Assembly: GCA_030390025.1 (NCBI GenBank)
Contig: CM059432.1
Location: forward strand, 59,894,001-59,958,000
DNA: 64,000 bases
Origin: Squalus acanthias
Lineage: Eukaryota
Direction: 5' to 3'
A program made the position numbers and the translations under genes. Below, piece by piece: positions 1-12,967 of this stretch; position 1 is the first letter of the stretch; the number at the start of each line of letters is the position of its first letter. The notes under the pieces are model-generated. The model saw nothing but the letters and a program-made list of their open reading frames with translations. It was not told where the DNA came from and searched no databases.

Positions 1-58
1 TACATCTCAGTTAAATGAGTCATTACTCCTAAACCAAACTTTATTTTTAGTAATTCAT

Positions 59-1008
59 AGCCCTGAATACGCCGTCATACCGCCTTTGAAACTGACCGCA
101 AGTTCGGGATTTCCAGATGCGCTTGCATTAAATGTTGAACTTACGACCTGTCACGTTCTGACTGCGCATCGGCTTCGCGGCACGTTTCACCAACCCATTC
201 AAATCAACGTGGTGGCGAAAAGTTGGGCTAATTGCCCACCTACTGCGCATTAATTACCCTGAAAATGTTTCCATCTGGTGTAAACAGGCGCAGGAGCCTG
301 TTGCACAGTGTAAGGGGAAGGGGAATGAGAAAATTGCATTAGTTTATGCTACAGCCCATAACAATGAGGCACTGGTTCGTGTCTGAGCGGATACAAACTT
401 TGAAAGAAACTTTCATTTGTTCGAGTTTGAAAACTGGGCCTTTTTATGTCACCATCTTAGCTGCGTTAAAGCCTTTTGTAGTTTCAGTTTAATTCCCAAT
501 TTCTATTTAGATCAGAGTTAATTCACTTTTATGATTTCTTCATGTTATCAGACATTTAAACTCTCGATTTTATATTATTAAATTAATCAAAAGTTAGTTA
601 GTCTAATAGAGGAGAAACTAATTCGATAGGACTATAAGACTGTAATTATAGGTTTGTGTATTAGAATATTGGTTTGTGTATTAAATACTATTGTAATGAT
701 CATAATTTATTAAAATAGCATTTCTGGCTGCTAAATTATTTAAAATAAGTTGTGGGCAAATCAGCAATCTCCTCTGTTTCCTGATTGGCTAAGAGTCAGG
801 AAGTGAAAGGAACACCGCCCCATGTGATCCTAGGTTCGCATATGCACAACGGTGCGCCCCTGGGATCTGTGGACCACTACGCTGCGCACAACTCTGCAGC
901 ATTTGAAAGCAACTTTTTGAAGGGGGGTTCGCACGAGGTAAGTGCGGATTTCGTTCGGATGCCGGCGGCGTACAGCTTAGCCACGCCGCCAACCGCGAAT
1001 TCAGGGCC
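59..1008. mobile_element. Harbinger-type non-autonomous element (MITE)
   Basis: Imperfect TIRs AGCCCTGAATACGC / GCGAATTCAGGGCC, GC-rich arms and AT-rich centre. The left arm (cgccgtcataccgcctttgaaactgaccgca) matches the MITE at 24764. Confidence 0.6.
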
Positions 1009-1522
1009 ATTGTGTACATTGTCAGTGTAACCATAGGCATTCTGGTTCTTTCTTACTAATTAGTAAAGAATTCCATCTTGTTACAGGCAAAGTCAAGTTA
1101 GCAAAAAAAGTCAGAAAATTCAGGCCACAGTTGATACTTTCCCTGCCAAAATTGATGAACTTAAAAATTCTTGTTTGCAGAATAGGCTCAGCAAAGGTAT
1201 GCAGCAAACAGTAAACAATGTACGCATTACATCAAAGGCATTACATGGTGAAAATTAAACTTGTATTCTTCAAAGTTTGAATTAAGCTTACCCTTTCTAA
1301 ATGGGGCAATGACACTGATTCATTCACTTTAAAAGACAATGCAGATGACAGATTTTGTGGCATCACTGCTTGCCATTTGTTACGGATGATGAACAAAGGA
1401 ACCTAAAGCTGGCTGCTAAGTAGTACTGCTTGTAGAATGACAAATAGACCAGCAGTGCATAGCTACCAGGCCCAAACTCAGAAAACTCTCCCCTCAGTCA
1501 ACCCTCAAATAATTTAGGTGTT

Positions 1523-1955
1523 AGACTTGGCTCAGTGGTAGCACTCTTGTGACTGAGGCAGAAGGTTGTGAGTTCAAGCCCCACTCCAGAAACTCATAGC
1601 ACATAATCTAGGCTGGCACTTCAGTGTAGTACTGAGGGAGCACTGCATTGTTGGAGGTGCTGTCCTCTGGATGAGATGTTAAACCAAGGCCCTCTCAGGT
1701 GGACATATATTCAAAGAAGCACTATTCAAAGAAGAGCAGTGTCCTAGCAAACATTTATCCCTCAACCAACACCAAAAACAGATGATCTGGTCATTTATTT
1801 AATTGCTGTTTGTGGGAGCTTGCTGTGCACAATTTGGCTGCTGCTTTTACTACATTACAACAGTTACTACATTTCAAAAACACTTCATTGGCTGTAAAGC
1901 GCTTTGGGACATCCTGAGGTTGTGAATGGGCTGTATAAATACAAGTTTTTCTTTC
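1523..1955 (+). mobile_element. tRNA-derived SINE, Deu/SacSINE1-like, with L2-type tail
   Basis: A box TGGCTCAGTGG (~1528), B box GTTCAAGCC (~1572), 3' tail gcgctttgggacatcctgagg...tataaatacaag. The body recurs at 1960-2200 and 3137-3315. Family name is from recall, not a search. Confidence 0.7.
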
Positions 1956-1959
1956 TTCT

Positions 1960-2200
1960 TATTCAAAGAAGAGTTGGGGAGTTCTCCCGAAGTCCTGGCC
2001 AATATTTATCCCTCAACCAACATCACTAAAAAAAACAGATTATCTGGTCACGCATCACATTGCAGTTTGTGGAACCATGCTGTGTGCAAAATGGCTGCCA
2101 TGTTTCGCTACATTACAACATTGACTAAACTTCAAAAGTACTTCTTTGAAAAACTTCTATGAAGTGTTTTAGGACAACCTGAGGTCATGAAAAATAGAAT
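1960..2200 (+). mobile_element. 5'-truncated second copy of the same SINE
   Basis: Diverged repeat of ~1720-1930 (attcaaagaagag...tttatccctcaacc...tacattacaaca...cctgaggtc). Confidence 0.65.
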
Positions 2201-3136
2201 TCTGGCATCAATCCCAACTATACCGAATATCTCACAAATAAAGCTTTTTTTTCTCAGATATCCTCAGATTCTGCCATGTTATTTCCATATCAGGTAACAT
2301 ATTTTCATTTAAAAATCTTAGTGCAATAAAAAATCATGTTCTTCTTCACTTCACTGTCAATATGGTTACGTTGGACTTTACTTTATTTTCCAATTGTATT
2401 GGCACTGAGCAAATGTTCTGTGAAGTGCTGCCATACTGGAAGCAACACGCCAAATGCTTAAGTTACTAAATGCCACTTTGTGCACAGTTGAGGTGACTCA
2501 GTGTTTCAAACACTCGTGAGTCCCAACAAAATTTAATCACATTAAATGGTACATTTAAGTTTGGCACTGAAAAACTTTTCACCAAATTGTTGAAATCCAG
2601 AGTGAATCATTAGTTTAGGTAATGCCATGACCTGAATTCATTCTCATTTTGACAACAAACAGTATATGATTTTAATCCTTATATTTTCTTTTAAATTTAG
2701 CACTTATCTCAAGTTGAAATGCCTTGCTCGGACCATTTTCTTCTTTACTTGCTGGTGGGATCTTAAGTCTGGTCTGTGATTGAGAGTGTTGCAGGCCTTC
2801 TAGTGAAAAGCAGTAATTGTTACACTCATGCACATACAGAGGAAGTGTACTGCTAACTATATCACTTGTGAGGAGATCCTGATATCTTTTTTCCACGTAA
2901 ACAATGGCTCAAGTTCGTTCTGGTCGTTCTTGTCGCTGGCTAGTCACTCATAACTCATAACCTAACTCGTAACTATCCACCATGGGGTGGGGGGGTGGGG
3001 AGGGGGGCCATAGGCGAAGTCCATTTGGAGTCAAGCTGACTTCAAGATAAATCATCTGCTGATGCAAAACTCTGTGGTAAACTCAGTAATCTGATACCTG
3101 AGACAAACAGGTCTGCAGTACTTCAAGGCATATTAG

Positions 3137-3315
3137 AAGAAGACTCGCATTTATATAGCGCCTTTCATGACCTCAGGACATTACAAAGAACTTTACAACC
3201 AATGAAGTACTTTTGAAGTGTAGAAACTGTTGTAATGTAGGAAACACAGCAGGCAATTTGCGCACAGCAAGATCCCACAAACAGCAATGTGATAATGACC
3301 AGATAATCTGTTTTT
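3137..3315 (-). mobile_element. 3' fragment of the same SINE
   Basis: Reverse complement of the SINE tail (gcatttatatagcgcctttcatgacctcagga...ttgtaatgtagg...cagataatctg). Confidence 0.65.
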
Positions 3316-3925
3316 GTACTCCAATCCCCTTACAATAAAGGCCAACATACCATTTACCTTCCTAATTGTTTGCTGTACTTGCGTGTTAACTTTCTATGTT
3401 TCGTGTACAAGGGCATCCAAACCCCTCTGAACACCAACATTTAATAATTTCTCTCCATTTAAAAAATGTTCTGTTTTTCTATTCTTCCTACCAAAGTGAA
3501 TGACCTCACATTTCAACACATTATACTCCATCTGCCACCTTCTTGCCCACTCGCTTAACCCGTCTATATCCCTTTGCAAACTCTTTGGGGGGAATTTTTC
3601 AGGGGTCAGCGGGCGCATTTGGTGGCGGGTTGGATGGAAAAAAAGTTTTTGACAGCAGGTAGTGACTCTTTGGGGGTACTTCGCATCATCAGACCCGCTT
3701 CCTTCAATTGGCTGGCAAACGTGCTGGGCGGGCTTAACAAGCCCAATCAGCATAAGATCACTTTGGACAGTGGACTGGAGCCAGCAGCGGGGTCGCAACC
3801 CGCCACCGACCCCGGCCGCGCCGGACCTGCTGAGGTAGGGGAAATCGCGGCCTCCGTGTCCTCCTCACGGCTTACTTTCCCACCTAGCTTTATACTGTCA
3901 GCAAACTTTGATACATTGCACTCAT
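3316..3925 (-). mobile_element. CR1 LINE ORF2 fragment interrupted by a MITE
   Basis: Translates LQRDIDGLSEWARRWQMEYNVLKCEVIHFGRKN; the sequence is continuous across 3586/3856. Confidence 0.85.
3587..3852. mobile_element. Short Harbinger-type MITE, deletion derivative of the family at 14009-15783
   Basis: Both ends match the ends of 14009-15783 (e.g. ggagccagcagcggggtcgcaacccgcc...gaggtagg). It splits a CR1 and leaves 3 extra bp. Confidence 0.7.
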
Positions 3926-4261
3926 CATATCTCTGGGGCTCAGTATATCTGTAAAGTATGTTTCTAGTTACAATGTGTACAATGTGGCAGTAATGTATTA
4001 AAAGGTATTGGTGCTCCTATAATTTAGCTGGCCAAGATTTATTTTTCGTTACTATTGTCTATGTGTCATGAAAATACCACTGCAGTGCTTGTGAGTGACA
4101 TAAACACACATCATGTTCATTGCAACAATAACTTGGACTTATAAGTCTAGGTTTCATAAGTGCCTCCAGCCCACGATTCTTTGACGTGCACTGGCGCTGG
4201 GTGAGGTTCCAATGCATGTCCTCTCTCACCCTGCCTCGTATCTCACTGTCCTTTTCTAATA

Positions 4262-4530
4262 CAGGAATCCCGCCCCAACTGCGGTTTTGCCATACACGGA
4301 TTTCAAGTATACACGGTTTCCTCTCTGCGACAACTTTTGCCAACTGCGGCAGTGAATTTTGCGTATCCGCGGTTTTTAATTTAGGATTAAGGTAAATAAC
4401 ATGATTTTATTGCTTTTATATTCTTTTTTATTGTGTTATTTGAACATTTATACTGTATTTGCCAACCGCGGTTTTACTAACCACGGGGGTTTTCAGGGAC
4501 ATATCCCCCGCGGTTGGGGAGGGATTACTG
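4262..4530. mobile_element. Tc1/mariner-superfamily (Tigger/pogo-like) MITE
   Basis: TA|CAGGAATCCCGCCCCAACTGCGG ... CCGCGGTTGGGGAGGGATTACTG|TA: ~23-bp TIR and TA TSD. Confidence 0.75.
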
Positions 4531-6706
4531 TACCAGCGATTGAGGTAACACTACAGAAGTGATTTAACTGGTCCATGCTGCCAGCGGGGAGCCTTGCCCA
4601 CCAGCTGCAGATATCGGAATTTCAGACAGCTGTACGCTCTTCTAACATTATCCTATACATACTGCTTTTAGATATTTTAAATAAGTAGTATTGCCCAACG
4701 TCAGATATATTATTGATCAATAATTGTGTCTGCGAAGTACCACTACAACACACAGATTAGTTTAAAATTTCATGGGCCAAGTGGAACAATCCACCTACTG
4801 TTTCTGTGTTCCTGTGACAATCTAGATATGGATCTTGCTGTACAGTTTGTCCCACAGTAAATTGCTCAGATTACTGCACTACAGCCTGGAAATGACTATT
4901 GCCGATATTAGCGGATGAATGCTTAATGTGTTCAAATGAGTGCTTCAGCCACGATTTTAAAGCAGACATTAACCTGTTTATTTTAAATACGTTAAGCGTT
5001 TGTTTGCTAATATTGCTAGCAGGCTAATATTACAAACCTGGGGTGCTGCCGATTATTAGAAAGTATCACTTCATCAACACAAATGTTGAGTGGATAATAT
5101 TGCAGAGACTATTTTTGTTCATGAGCAGACGAATTGGACACTTTTTGGTGATGTTTATCAGCATCAATTCATTTTCACAGGAAACACAGGCTGCTCCACT
5201 CTATTTTTGACCCATTTTTAGTTTATTTTTATCCCTGTGTGAGAGTGCTTCAGGGTGACTTACCTCATGATATTCTCTCTAACCAAGTGAGGAAATAGCC
5301 ATCATTTGCTCAGCCTCTCCCCTTGACAACATGGATGAGATTTGGAATTCAGACTAAGTGCTACCATGCTGGCTATTCACATTATTCCTTTAAGGAAAAA
5401 ATCTGAAGATAAAGAGGCCAAATTTCCGTGGCTTTTTTTTAACATAATGAAGTATTTGGGTGCAGAAATTGGGACAGGAATGACACCCACTGCACTCAGG
5501 TGGGTCCATAAGACACCCGCCTACAAATGGGTGAGTACATAGGCCTTTAGCAATGCAGGGAGCAAGAGGTGAATCTCTGACATGAGAGGGCAGGATCCTG
5601 GCTGGCTCCCGAGCTGAACCAGCCGGCAGCTCGGGTCTCGGGGCGGTGGAATCGATCTGGATGAAAGTGGGGTGTCTCGCACAGGTCAACAGTTGCCAGA
5701 CTTTTTTTGTGGGAGCAGAAGAAGCACTTCTGTTCCTCCTGGCCCCACCACAATAAAATGTAAAAATGTCCAGGGCCGTCTGTGGAGCAGGGCCCACGCT
5801 CTGTTCATTTGTAGCTGAAAGTTGCAATTGGGGTCCTACAACCAGTGTAGGACGCATATTTGCATATTTAAGCAGCCTCCTGCTGAAAACATACAGGCTC
5901 AGCCATTTAGAGATCAGCCTGAAATCTATATCGCCCCCCCTCCCACCCTTGTGTTGCCAAGACGACAAATTTGTAACTGCTGGGGTTTCCCCACTGCAAT
6001 CAATTACAGAGCAATTGATCGTAATACCATGAATCCCATCATTAGATAGTCACATAATTAACCCTGAACCCTTAAAGAGCTCCATGCATTAATTTTGGTC
6101 TAACTAAGGCTTTTTAAAGGTACACTTGGAATACTTAACTGGAGCATTCTGCATCAGTAGTATCCAATTTATGCAGCAACTTTATAAACCATCCATATAA
6201 AAAATAAAAATAAATGTTTTTAGATGCTAGACTAAATAAATGGAAGAACAGCCCAAATCGTCGAAAACAAAACTCCAAAATAGCAATGCTTTTGTCAGAT
6301 TACTTAAAAAGAACAACATAGGTAACATTTTTGAACAGATTCTTTTCATGCAAGATCTAAACCTTAAGGGGGAGAAATTCGGTATCGCCCCGTCTGGGGC
6401 ACTAAATTTTGAAATCGTGAAAAATTAGCACCAGGCGCTAATGAGTCTGAGGTTTCCCTAAATTGGCTTTTAGTGCTCCTGGAACGAGTTGGAGCGCTAA
6501 ATCAAGCGCCAATGACCTAAGCAGGGCGCTATAGGGGTGCTACCAGCAGAGCGATAATGAATTTCAGGTGCTATGCAATCGGGAATGATCCTTCACACTG
6601 GCCCCTTCCTCCTCTTAAAGGGGAAGTTGCATCATTGTGCAGGTCCTCATTATCAGCATTGCTGGCTGTGAAAGTGACCTGCAAGAAACTCAATCCCCTG
6701 ATCGTG

Positions 6707-9700
6707 ATGGCTGATCCCACTCCCAGGGAGAGAGCTTGTCATTTCACGGAGGAGGCATTGAGGCATTGGTCGCGGGAGTGGAGCGAAGGAGGGCAGTGCT
6801 GTTCCCGGACACTGGAAGGAGGCCATTGCCCCAGGTCTTCAGGGCAATGTGGAGGGAAGTGGCCCAGGAGGTCTGGGCCAGTAGCGTGGTCGTACGCAGC
6901 CTGACACAGTGCTGGGAGAAATTCAATGACCTCACTCGGGTGGTCAAGGTGAGTACATGCTTCAATAGATCCTACATACCAGCAGCTGAACCTCAGTCTG
7001 TACACACTGCACAAACCACCACACCCCCACCACTCACCCACCAAGCATCTGCACCTACTCAAACTCACATCCACATCTCATGCCTTGCCTACAATCACAT
7101 TTATTCAACTACGGTAGGCATATCTCCCAAACACATAGCTGGATTCTGACTCAAACACATTCGTTTCTCTTGCAGGCCAAGAAGGCCCACAATGGAGGGA
7201 GCAGCAGAGAATAGGCGGGGGTGATGCGCAGCTCCAGCAGCTTTCAGACCTGGAGGAGCGAGTGCTGCGACTCATTCGACAGTAGATGGCGGGCGCCGTG
7301 ACCGTCAGCAACATCGACCCCCTTGGGGGCAACAACAGTATCTTCAGCTCCTCTTCTTCTCTCATCCCACTTCCCCCTCACACCACAAGCCTTTCCCACT
7401 TTCCAGCTCCTGATACTGTCTGCATTCTTTGCTCCCTTCCTGTCCTACTGCCCTCACCTTAACGCGAGTCTTGTGCCTTTGTGCTTTCAGAGAATCAACA
7501 ACCAGATGACCAGCCTGTCCCTGAGCCTGCCACTGAGAGTGAGGAAGGAGAAGAGGAGGAGGAGCAAAGACCCGCATCACTGCATCTCTCACCTGCAGGC
7601 ACCACCTCAGATACTGGCACTAGATACTGGCGATCTTTAGAGGCAAGTTTAGTAGAGAGGTCTGCACTGGGTGATGCACTGGGGACGAGCAGGCTGCAGC
7701 AAGGCCAAGGGGAAAGAGAGCTTTTATAGATATGTGAAGAGAAAAAGATTAGTGAAATCAAGTGTAGGTCCCTTGCAGTCAGAAGCAGGGGAAGTTATAA
7801 TGGGGAACAAAGAAATGGCAGCCCAATTAAATGCATATTTTGGTTCTGTCTTCACAAAGGAGGACACAAATAACCTCCCAGAGATGTTGGAGAACATACG
7901 GTCTGATGAAAGGGAGGAACTGAAAGAAATCAGTATTTGCAGGGAAATGGTGTTGGGGAAATTGACGGTATTGAAGGCCGATAAATCCCCAGGGCCTGAT
8001 AATCTACATCCTAGGGTACTTAAGGAAGTGGCCCTAGAAATAGTAGATGCATTGCTGATCATCTTCCAACATTCGATGGAATCTGGAACTGTACCCATGG
8101 ATTGGAGGGTAGCTAATGTTACCCCACTATTCAAAAAGGGTGGTAGAGAGAAAGCGGGGAATTACAGACCGGTAAGCCTGACATCGGTAGTGGGGAAAAT
8201 GCTAGCGTCCATTATAAAGGATGTAATAGCTGAGCATTTGAAAAACAGTGACAGGATCGGACAAAGTCAACATGGATTTACAAAAGGTAAATCGTGCTTG
8301 ACTAATCTACTGGAATTTTTTGAGGATGTAACTGGGAAAATAGATAAGGGAGAACCAGTAGATGTGGTGTATTTGGACTTTCAAAAGGCTTTCGATAAGG
8401 TCCCGCATAAGAGATTAGCGGGTAAAGTTAAGGCACATGGGATTGGGGGCAAGGTATTGACTTGGATAGAGAACTGGTTGGCGGACAGAAAGCAGAGAGT
8501 AGGAATTAATGGGTCTTTTTCCGAGTGGCAAGCAGTGACTAGTGGGGTACCGCAGGGATCGGTCCTTGGACCCCAGCTATTCACAATATACATTAATGAT
8601 CTAGATAAGGGAATTAAATGTAATATCTCCAAGTTTGCAGATGACACAAAGCTGGGTGGGAGTGTGTGCAGCGAGGAGGATAGCGAGAAACTCCAGGATG
8701 ATCTGGACAGGTTGGGTGAGTGGGCAGAAGCGTGGCAGATGCAATATAACGTGGATAAGTGCGAGGTTATCCACTTTGGTGTCAAAAACAGAAAGGCAGA
8801 CTATTATCTGAATGGCAATAGATTGGGAGAAGGGGAAGTGCAACGAGACCTGGGTGTCCTTGTGCACCAGTCGCTGAAAGTAAGCATGCAGGTGCAGCAG
8901 GCGGTGAAGAAGGCAAATGGTATGTTGGCCTTCATAGCGAAAGGGTTTGAGTATAGGAACAGGGATGTCCTGCTGCAGTTGTACAGGGCCTTGGTGAGAC
9001 CACACCTTGAGTACTGTGTGCAGTTTTGGTCGCCTTATCTGAGGAAGGATGTTCTTGCCATGGAAGGAGTTCAGCGAAGATTCACAAGGCTGATACCTGG
9101 GATGGCAGGAATGACATATGAGGAGAGATTGGGTCGATTGGGCTTATACTCACTGGAGTATAGAAGATTGAGAGGGGATCTCATCGAAACATATAAAATT
9201 CTGACAGGTCTGGACAAACTAGATGCAGGAAGAATGTTCCCGATGGTCGGAGAGTCCAGAACCAGGGGTCATAATCTACGGATAACGGGTAAACCATTTA
9301 GGACAGAAATGAGGAAGAATTTCTTCACCCAGAGAGTGGTGAACCTGTGGAATTCTCTACCACAGAAGGTAGTTGAGGCGAGGTCATTAAATATATTCAA
9401 GGATGAGTTAGATATATTTCTTAAAGCTAAAGGTATCAAGGGATATGGGGAGAAGGCAGGTACAGGGTACTGAGTTTAGATGATCAGCCATGATCTCATC
9501 GAATGGCGGAGCAGGCTCGAGGGGCCGAATGGCCTACTCCTGCTCCTATCTTCTATGTTTCTATGTTTCTAAAAGGTAGCTCGGGAGCCAGCTCCCCGGA
9601 GGGCGAGTTCACACACGGGTTCTGCTGCATAGGACTCAGATGAGGACCTCGATGGGGTGACGTTCACAAGAAGGGTGATGGCCATGCACTCCGAGATGAT

Positions 9701-10470
9701 AGGTGTAATGGCAAGGGTGCCCGAGAGCCTCTCGGCAATGGTAAGGAGCGTGGAGGAGTCCGCCTCCAACATTGCACAGATCTGCGCACACCATGGAGCC
9801 TATCCTTGGCATTCTGCAAAGGATGGTGGACTCCCTGAGAGACCGTGGAGACCCAGACCTCATGCCGCGTGTCATTGGCGATGTGGCAGCTTCCATTGCA
9901 GCACAGGCGGAAGCGACGCAACATCTTAGTGCTGTAATGCAGTCAATGGTTGCTGCCATCGAGTTTCAGACTGCTCTCATGCAGTCTCAGCTTGATGCCA
10001 CGCAAGCTCTGACTGCTGCCATGATCGCTGGGTCCACCACAGTCCACCGGGGATCTCACGGTGTTGCAGCAGGCCAGCAATCTGTGCTCCAGCAGATTGG
10101 TAGGGATGCTGAAGTGCTGGCCCGGGGGAGTGGCAGTGAGTCAGTGGAGTAGGAATGTGCTGTCCTCTCTCAGGATGCCAGCATTCCTGATCCCACCACT
10201 GCCACTCCACCATTGCACTTGTTGCTGCCTGTCATTCAGCCAGCCCAGACTGCTGCCGCCCAGCCTGAGGTGGTGCAGTCTACAGCCAGGCCTTCCAGGC
10301 CCAGAGCTGGTCGAGGGCATCCTGCAAGACCATCTGTAGTCTCTGGCACTGACACTCAGCAGCCTTCCACCAGCCCTGCTTCAGCCACTGGGGAGACACT
10401 ACGTAGGAGCAATAGATTAGGGAAAGGCACTGTAAAGAGGGGAAGTAAGGGTTTGCACAAGGGCGATTAG
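6707..10470 (+). pseudogene. Harbinger Myb/SANT-like partner gene (3 exons: ~6707-6948, 7176-7337, 7491-10470), disrupted
   Basis: MADPTPRERACHFTEEAL/EALVAGVERRRAVLF...WREVAQEV...RSLTQCWEKFNDL is a Myb/SANT trihelix pattern. GT..AG introns at 6949-7175 and 7338-7490; frameshifts, stops and a CR1 insertion; colinear with 56497-58940. Confidence 0.8.
7716..9570 (+). mobile_element. 5'-truncated young CR1 LINE with open RT reading frame to 9473
   Basis: NYRPVSLTS, QHGF, YLDFQKAFDKVPH, SGVPQGSVLGP, FADD; 3' UTR ending in (TTCTATGT)n. The empty site is visible in Harbinger copy 2 near 57945-57960. Confidence 0.95.
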
Positions 10471-10635
10471 TTAATATTGTTGCTGTATATATGTGGTTGC
10501 TGACTTTGGATAAATTTATTATTGGAATGTTGCAGATTTGGGGCTGTGTCTCATTTCAGCTTTGGGGTGTGGTACGGAATGAGAAATTGATGGAATGATG
10601 GGGATGTGCTGAGCAAGCGGGAAGAGGCCTCCAAT

Positions 10636-11818
10636 TCATTGGAACCGAAGTCTGATGAGGCGGTCACGGACCGCCCTTCCACAAGGCTGATTGAGTGGCA
10701 GCCTCCTCTGTCACTACTGTTCGTGCTCCTGTTCCTCCTCCTCATCCTCATCCTTGTCCTCCTCCTCCTCCTCCTCCTCCTCTTCCTCCTCCTGATGTGG
10801 TGCGGCTATGCCTGGTGGTAATGGCTGGGCCCTCATGATGGCCAAGTTGTGCAGCATGCAGCAGACAATGACGAAAAGGGACACCTGCTCAGCCAAGGAC
10901 TGGAGGGCTCCTCCCGAACAGTCAAGGCAGTGGAACCATTGCTTGAGCATTCCGATGGTCTGCTCAATGATGTTCCTGGTGGCAGCATGTCTCTCATTGT
11001 ATTGGGCACAAGTGCTGGGGTTGCGGAGGGGAGTCATGAGCCAGATGGAGAGCGGATAGCCCTTGTCTCTCAGCAGCCATCTGCTAGCTTGATGTGGTGG
11101 CTGGAAGAGGGCTGGCACACTAATCTGCCACAGGATGAAGGCATCGTAGCTGCTGCCAGGATAGTGGGCATTGACGGTGAGGCTATGCTGTGTGTGGTCG
11201 CGCACCAACTGCACATTAAGTGAGTGGTAACCTTTGCAGTTATGGAATACCTCAAGATTGTTATGAGGTGCCCGCAAAGCGATGTGGGTGCAGTCAATGG
11301 TGCCCTGCACCATGGGGAAGCCCGCTATCTTGGCAAAGCCACATGCACGCTCACACTGCTTCTCTCTGGTCATGGGGAAGGAAATGTAGTCCCTTCTCCT
11401 TCTGTACAGAGCATCTGTGACCTCGTGGATGCAGCAATGGATGGTGAACTGCGATATGTTAGATATGTCTCCTGTTGCACACTGGAATGATCCGCTGGTG
11501 TAGAAATTGAGGGCGACGGTGACCTTGACTGCCACTGAGAGCCGTGGTGCTCCTGATGTGAGGCTCAAGGTCTGGCTGCAGGAGGTGGCAGAGCTCTGTG
11601 ACCACATCCTTGGCGAAGCGGAGCCATCTAAGACACTGTTCCTCAGTGAAATTGATGTAGGAGAAATGCTACCGGAATACCCTGGGAGGGTTAAGCCTCC
11701 TGTTGAGAGCCCTGTTGGCCCTCCTCCCTCTGGCCACATTTTGCAATCTTTCTCTCTGCCTCCGCTGCCTCCGACAGTGACGCTGGAGGGCGAGGTCCAG
11801 TGCCAGTACAGCCCCCAT
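10636..11818 (-). pseudogene. Harbinger DDE transposase (HARBI1-like), frameshifted
   Basis: [50 protein letters not shown] and an acidic tail. ATG at 11818 (MGAVLA...) as in copy 2. Confidence 0.9.
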
Positions 11819-12967
11819 TAAAGTATGGAAATGTTGCACTTTCAAATGTAACCCAAATAAAAGTGATACATTTTTCTCAGCCAGAATACTCCTTCAAGTT
11901 GAGAACACTCAAATCGCTCAAAACGCCTGTTTGCTTTTGTCAAACTTGACAAGGCAGCATTCTTTGCTGACTAAACAAAAACGGAAGTTATATAGCGCTC
12001 CTCCAGCGCTCATCCAACTGCATTCCGCCTCCTCTACCGTCATTGCTAATGGCAGGCGCTCAGGCAGGTAGCGAGAGTGAATTTCAGAGCTGGGGCGCTG
12101 CCGGGGTGCCCCGCACCCGGATGACATCACGCTCTCTGGCCGCAGGAGAGCGTGGCGCTAGCGGTTACCGTCTCCGCAAACCTCCACTTCGATTTCGCGG
12201 GCCTCGGTACTATCGCCGCGCCCGGTCACAAAGCCGGTAGTGCCCCGTTAGCACCCCACAGAGGCGCTAACGGGAGGCGCTAAGGTGCCCAATTTCTCCC
12301 CCCATGTGGCATAACTATGGCATTCAGTTTGTTTAATGAAAAAATACTTTTTCGTTGATAGTGGATGAAATAGACACCAAACTAACCCAAAATCATTTAT
12401 TTGTAAGTCAGCAAAAGTGGGTCAGTCGCAGTCTCAGTCTCAAACTAGAAGAAAGGTGGTCAAATTAGGATGTTTGCTTCGCTGGATATTTCTTCCATTT
12501 CCCCGTAATCTTCTCCTGAAATTTGTTTGTTCTGCAGAGCAACCCCAGAATCTAAAGTGACCTTTAACCCTTCAGTCTTGTTATCAGTGATATAATAATG
12601 CTATCACAGAGAGAAGGCTCTTCAGAAATGGGGAAAATAAGTAACATTTCAGTGGCAGATGTTGCTTAGTTTATATCTACTGAAGTATCCTCACTGTCAG
12701 CCAGCTACTATAATCAACTTTTCTTAATTACATTGAAAAATAAATTGTGTTTTATGGGTTATTCTAAGCCGATGTTTTAATCAATTAGATTTTTCCAGCC
12801 ACCAATTTAGTCCTGCTTCTGCCGAAATTAAGTCATCATCTTGGAAATAAACTATCAAAAGAATATGACATCACCATCTGTATTATTATTTTGCCTTTTT
12901 GGAAAGTTTATGGGCGCTGTAACTATTTAAGTTTACCTACAGCACATCAGTATGGTAAGTAAATATT

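Larger units (their letters stand above)
6368..12302. mobile_element. Decayed autonomous PIF/Harbinger transposon, copy 1
   Basis: TIRs GGGGGAGAAATTCGG / CCCAATTTCTCCCCC. Contains convergent Myb/SANT-like (+) and DDE transposase (-) genes and repeated subterminal GCGCTAA motifs. Confidence 0.9.

Noticed and set aside
5458..6070. Possible further Harbinger-type MITE starting GGGTGCAGAAATTGGG
   Set aside because: No matching right TIR could be identified.
7671..9473. 600-aa ORF as a Myb-RT fusion gene
   Set aside because: The first ~15 codons are Harbinger sequence read in a different frame from the Myb exon (which stops at 7729); the rest is a 5'-truncated CR1.
10636..11818. Domesticated host gene HARBI1 (also 55155-56331)
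   Set aside because: Two copies with TIRs, partner Myb genes, frameshifts and stops indicate transposons.
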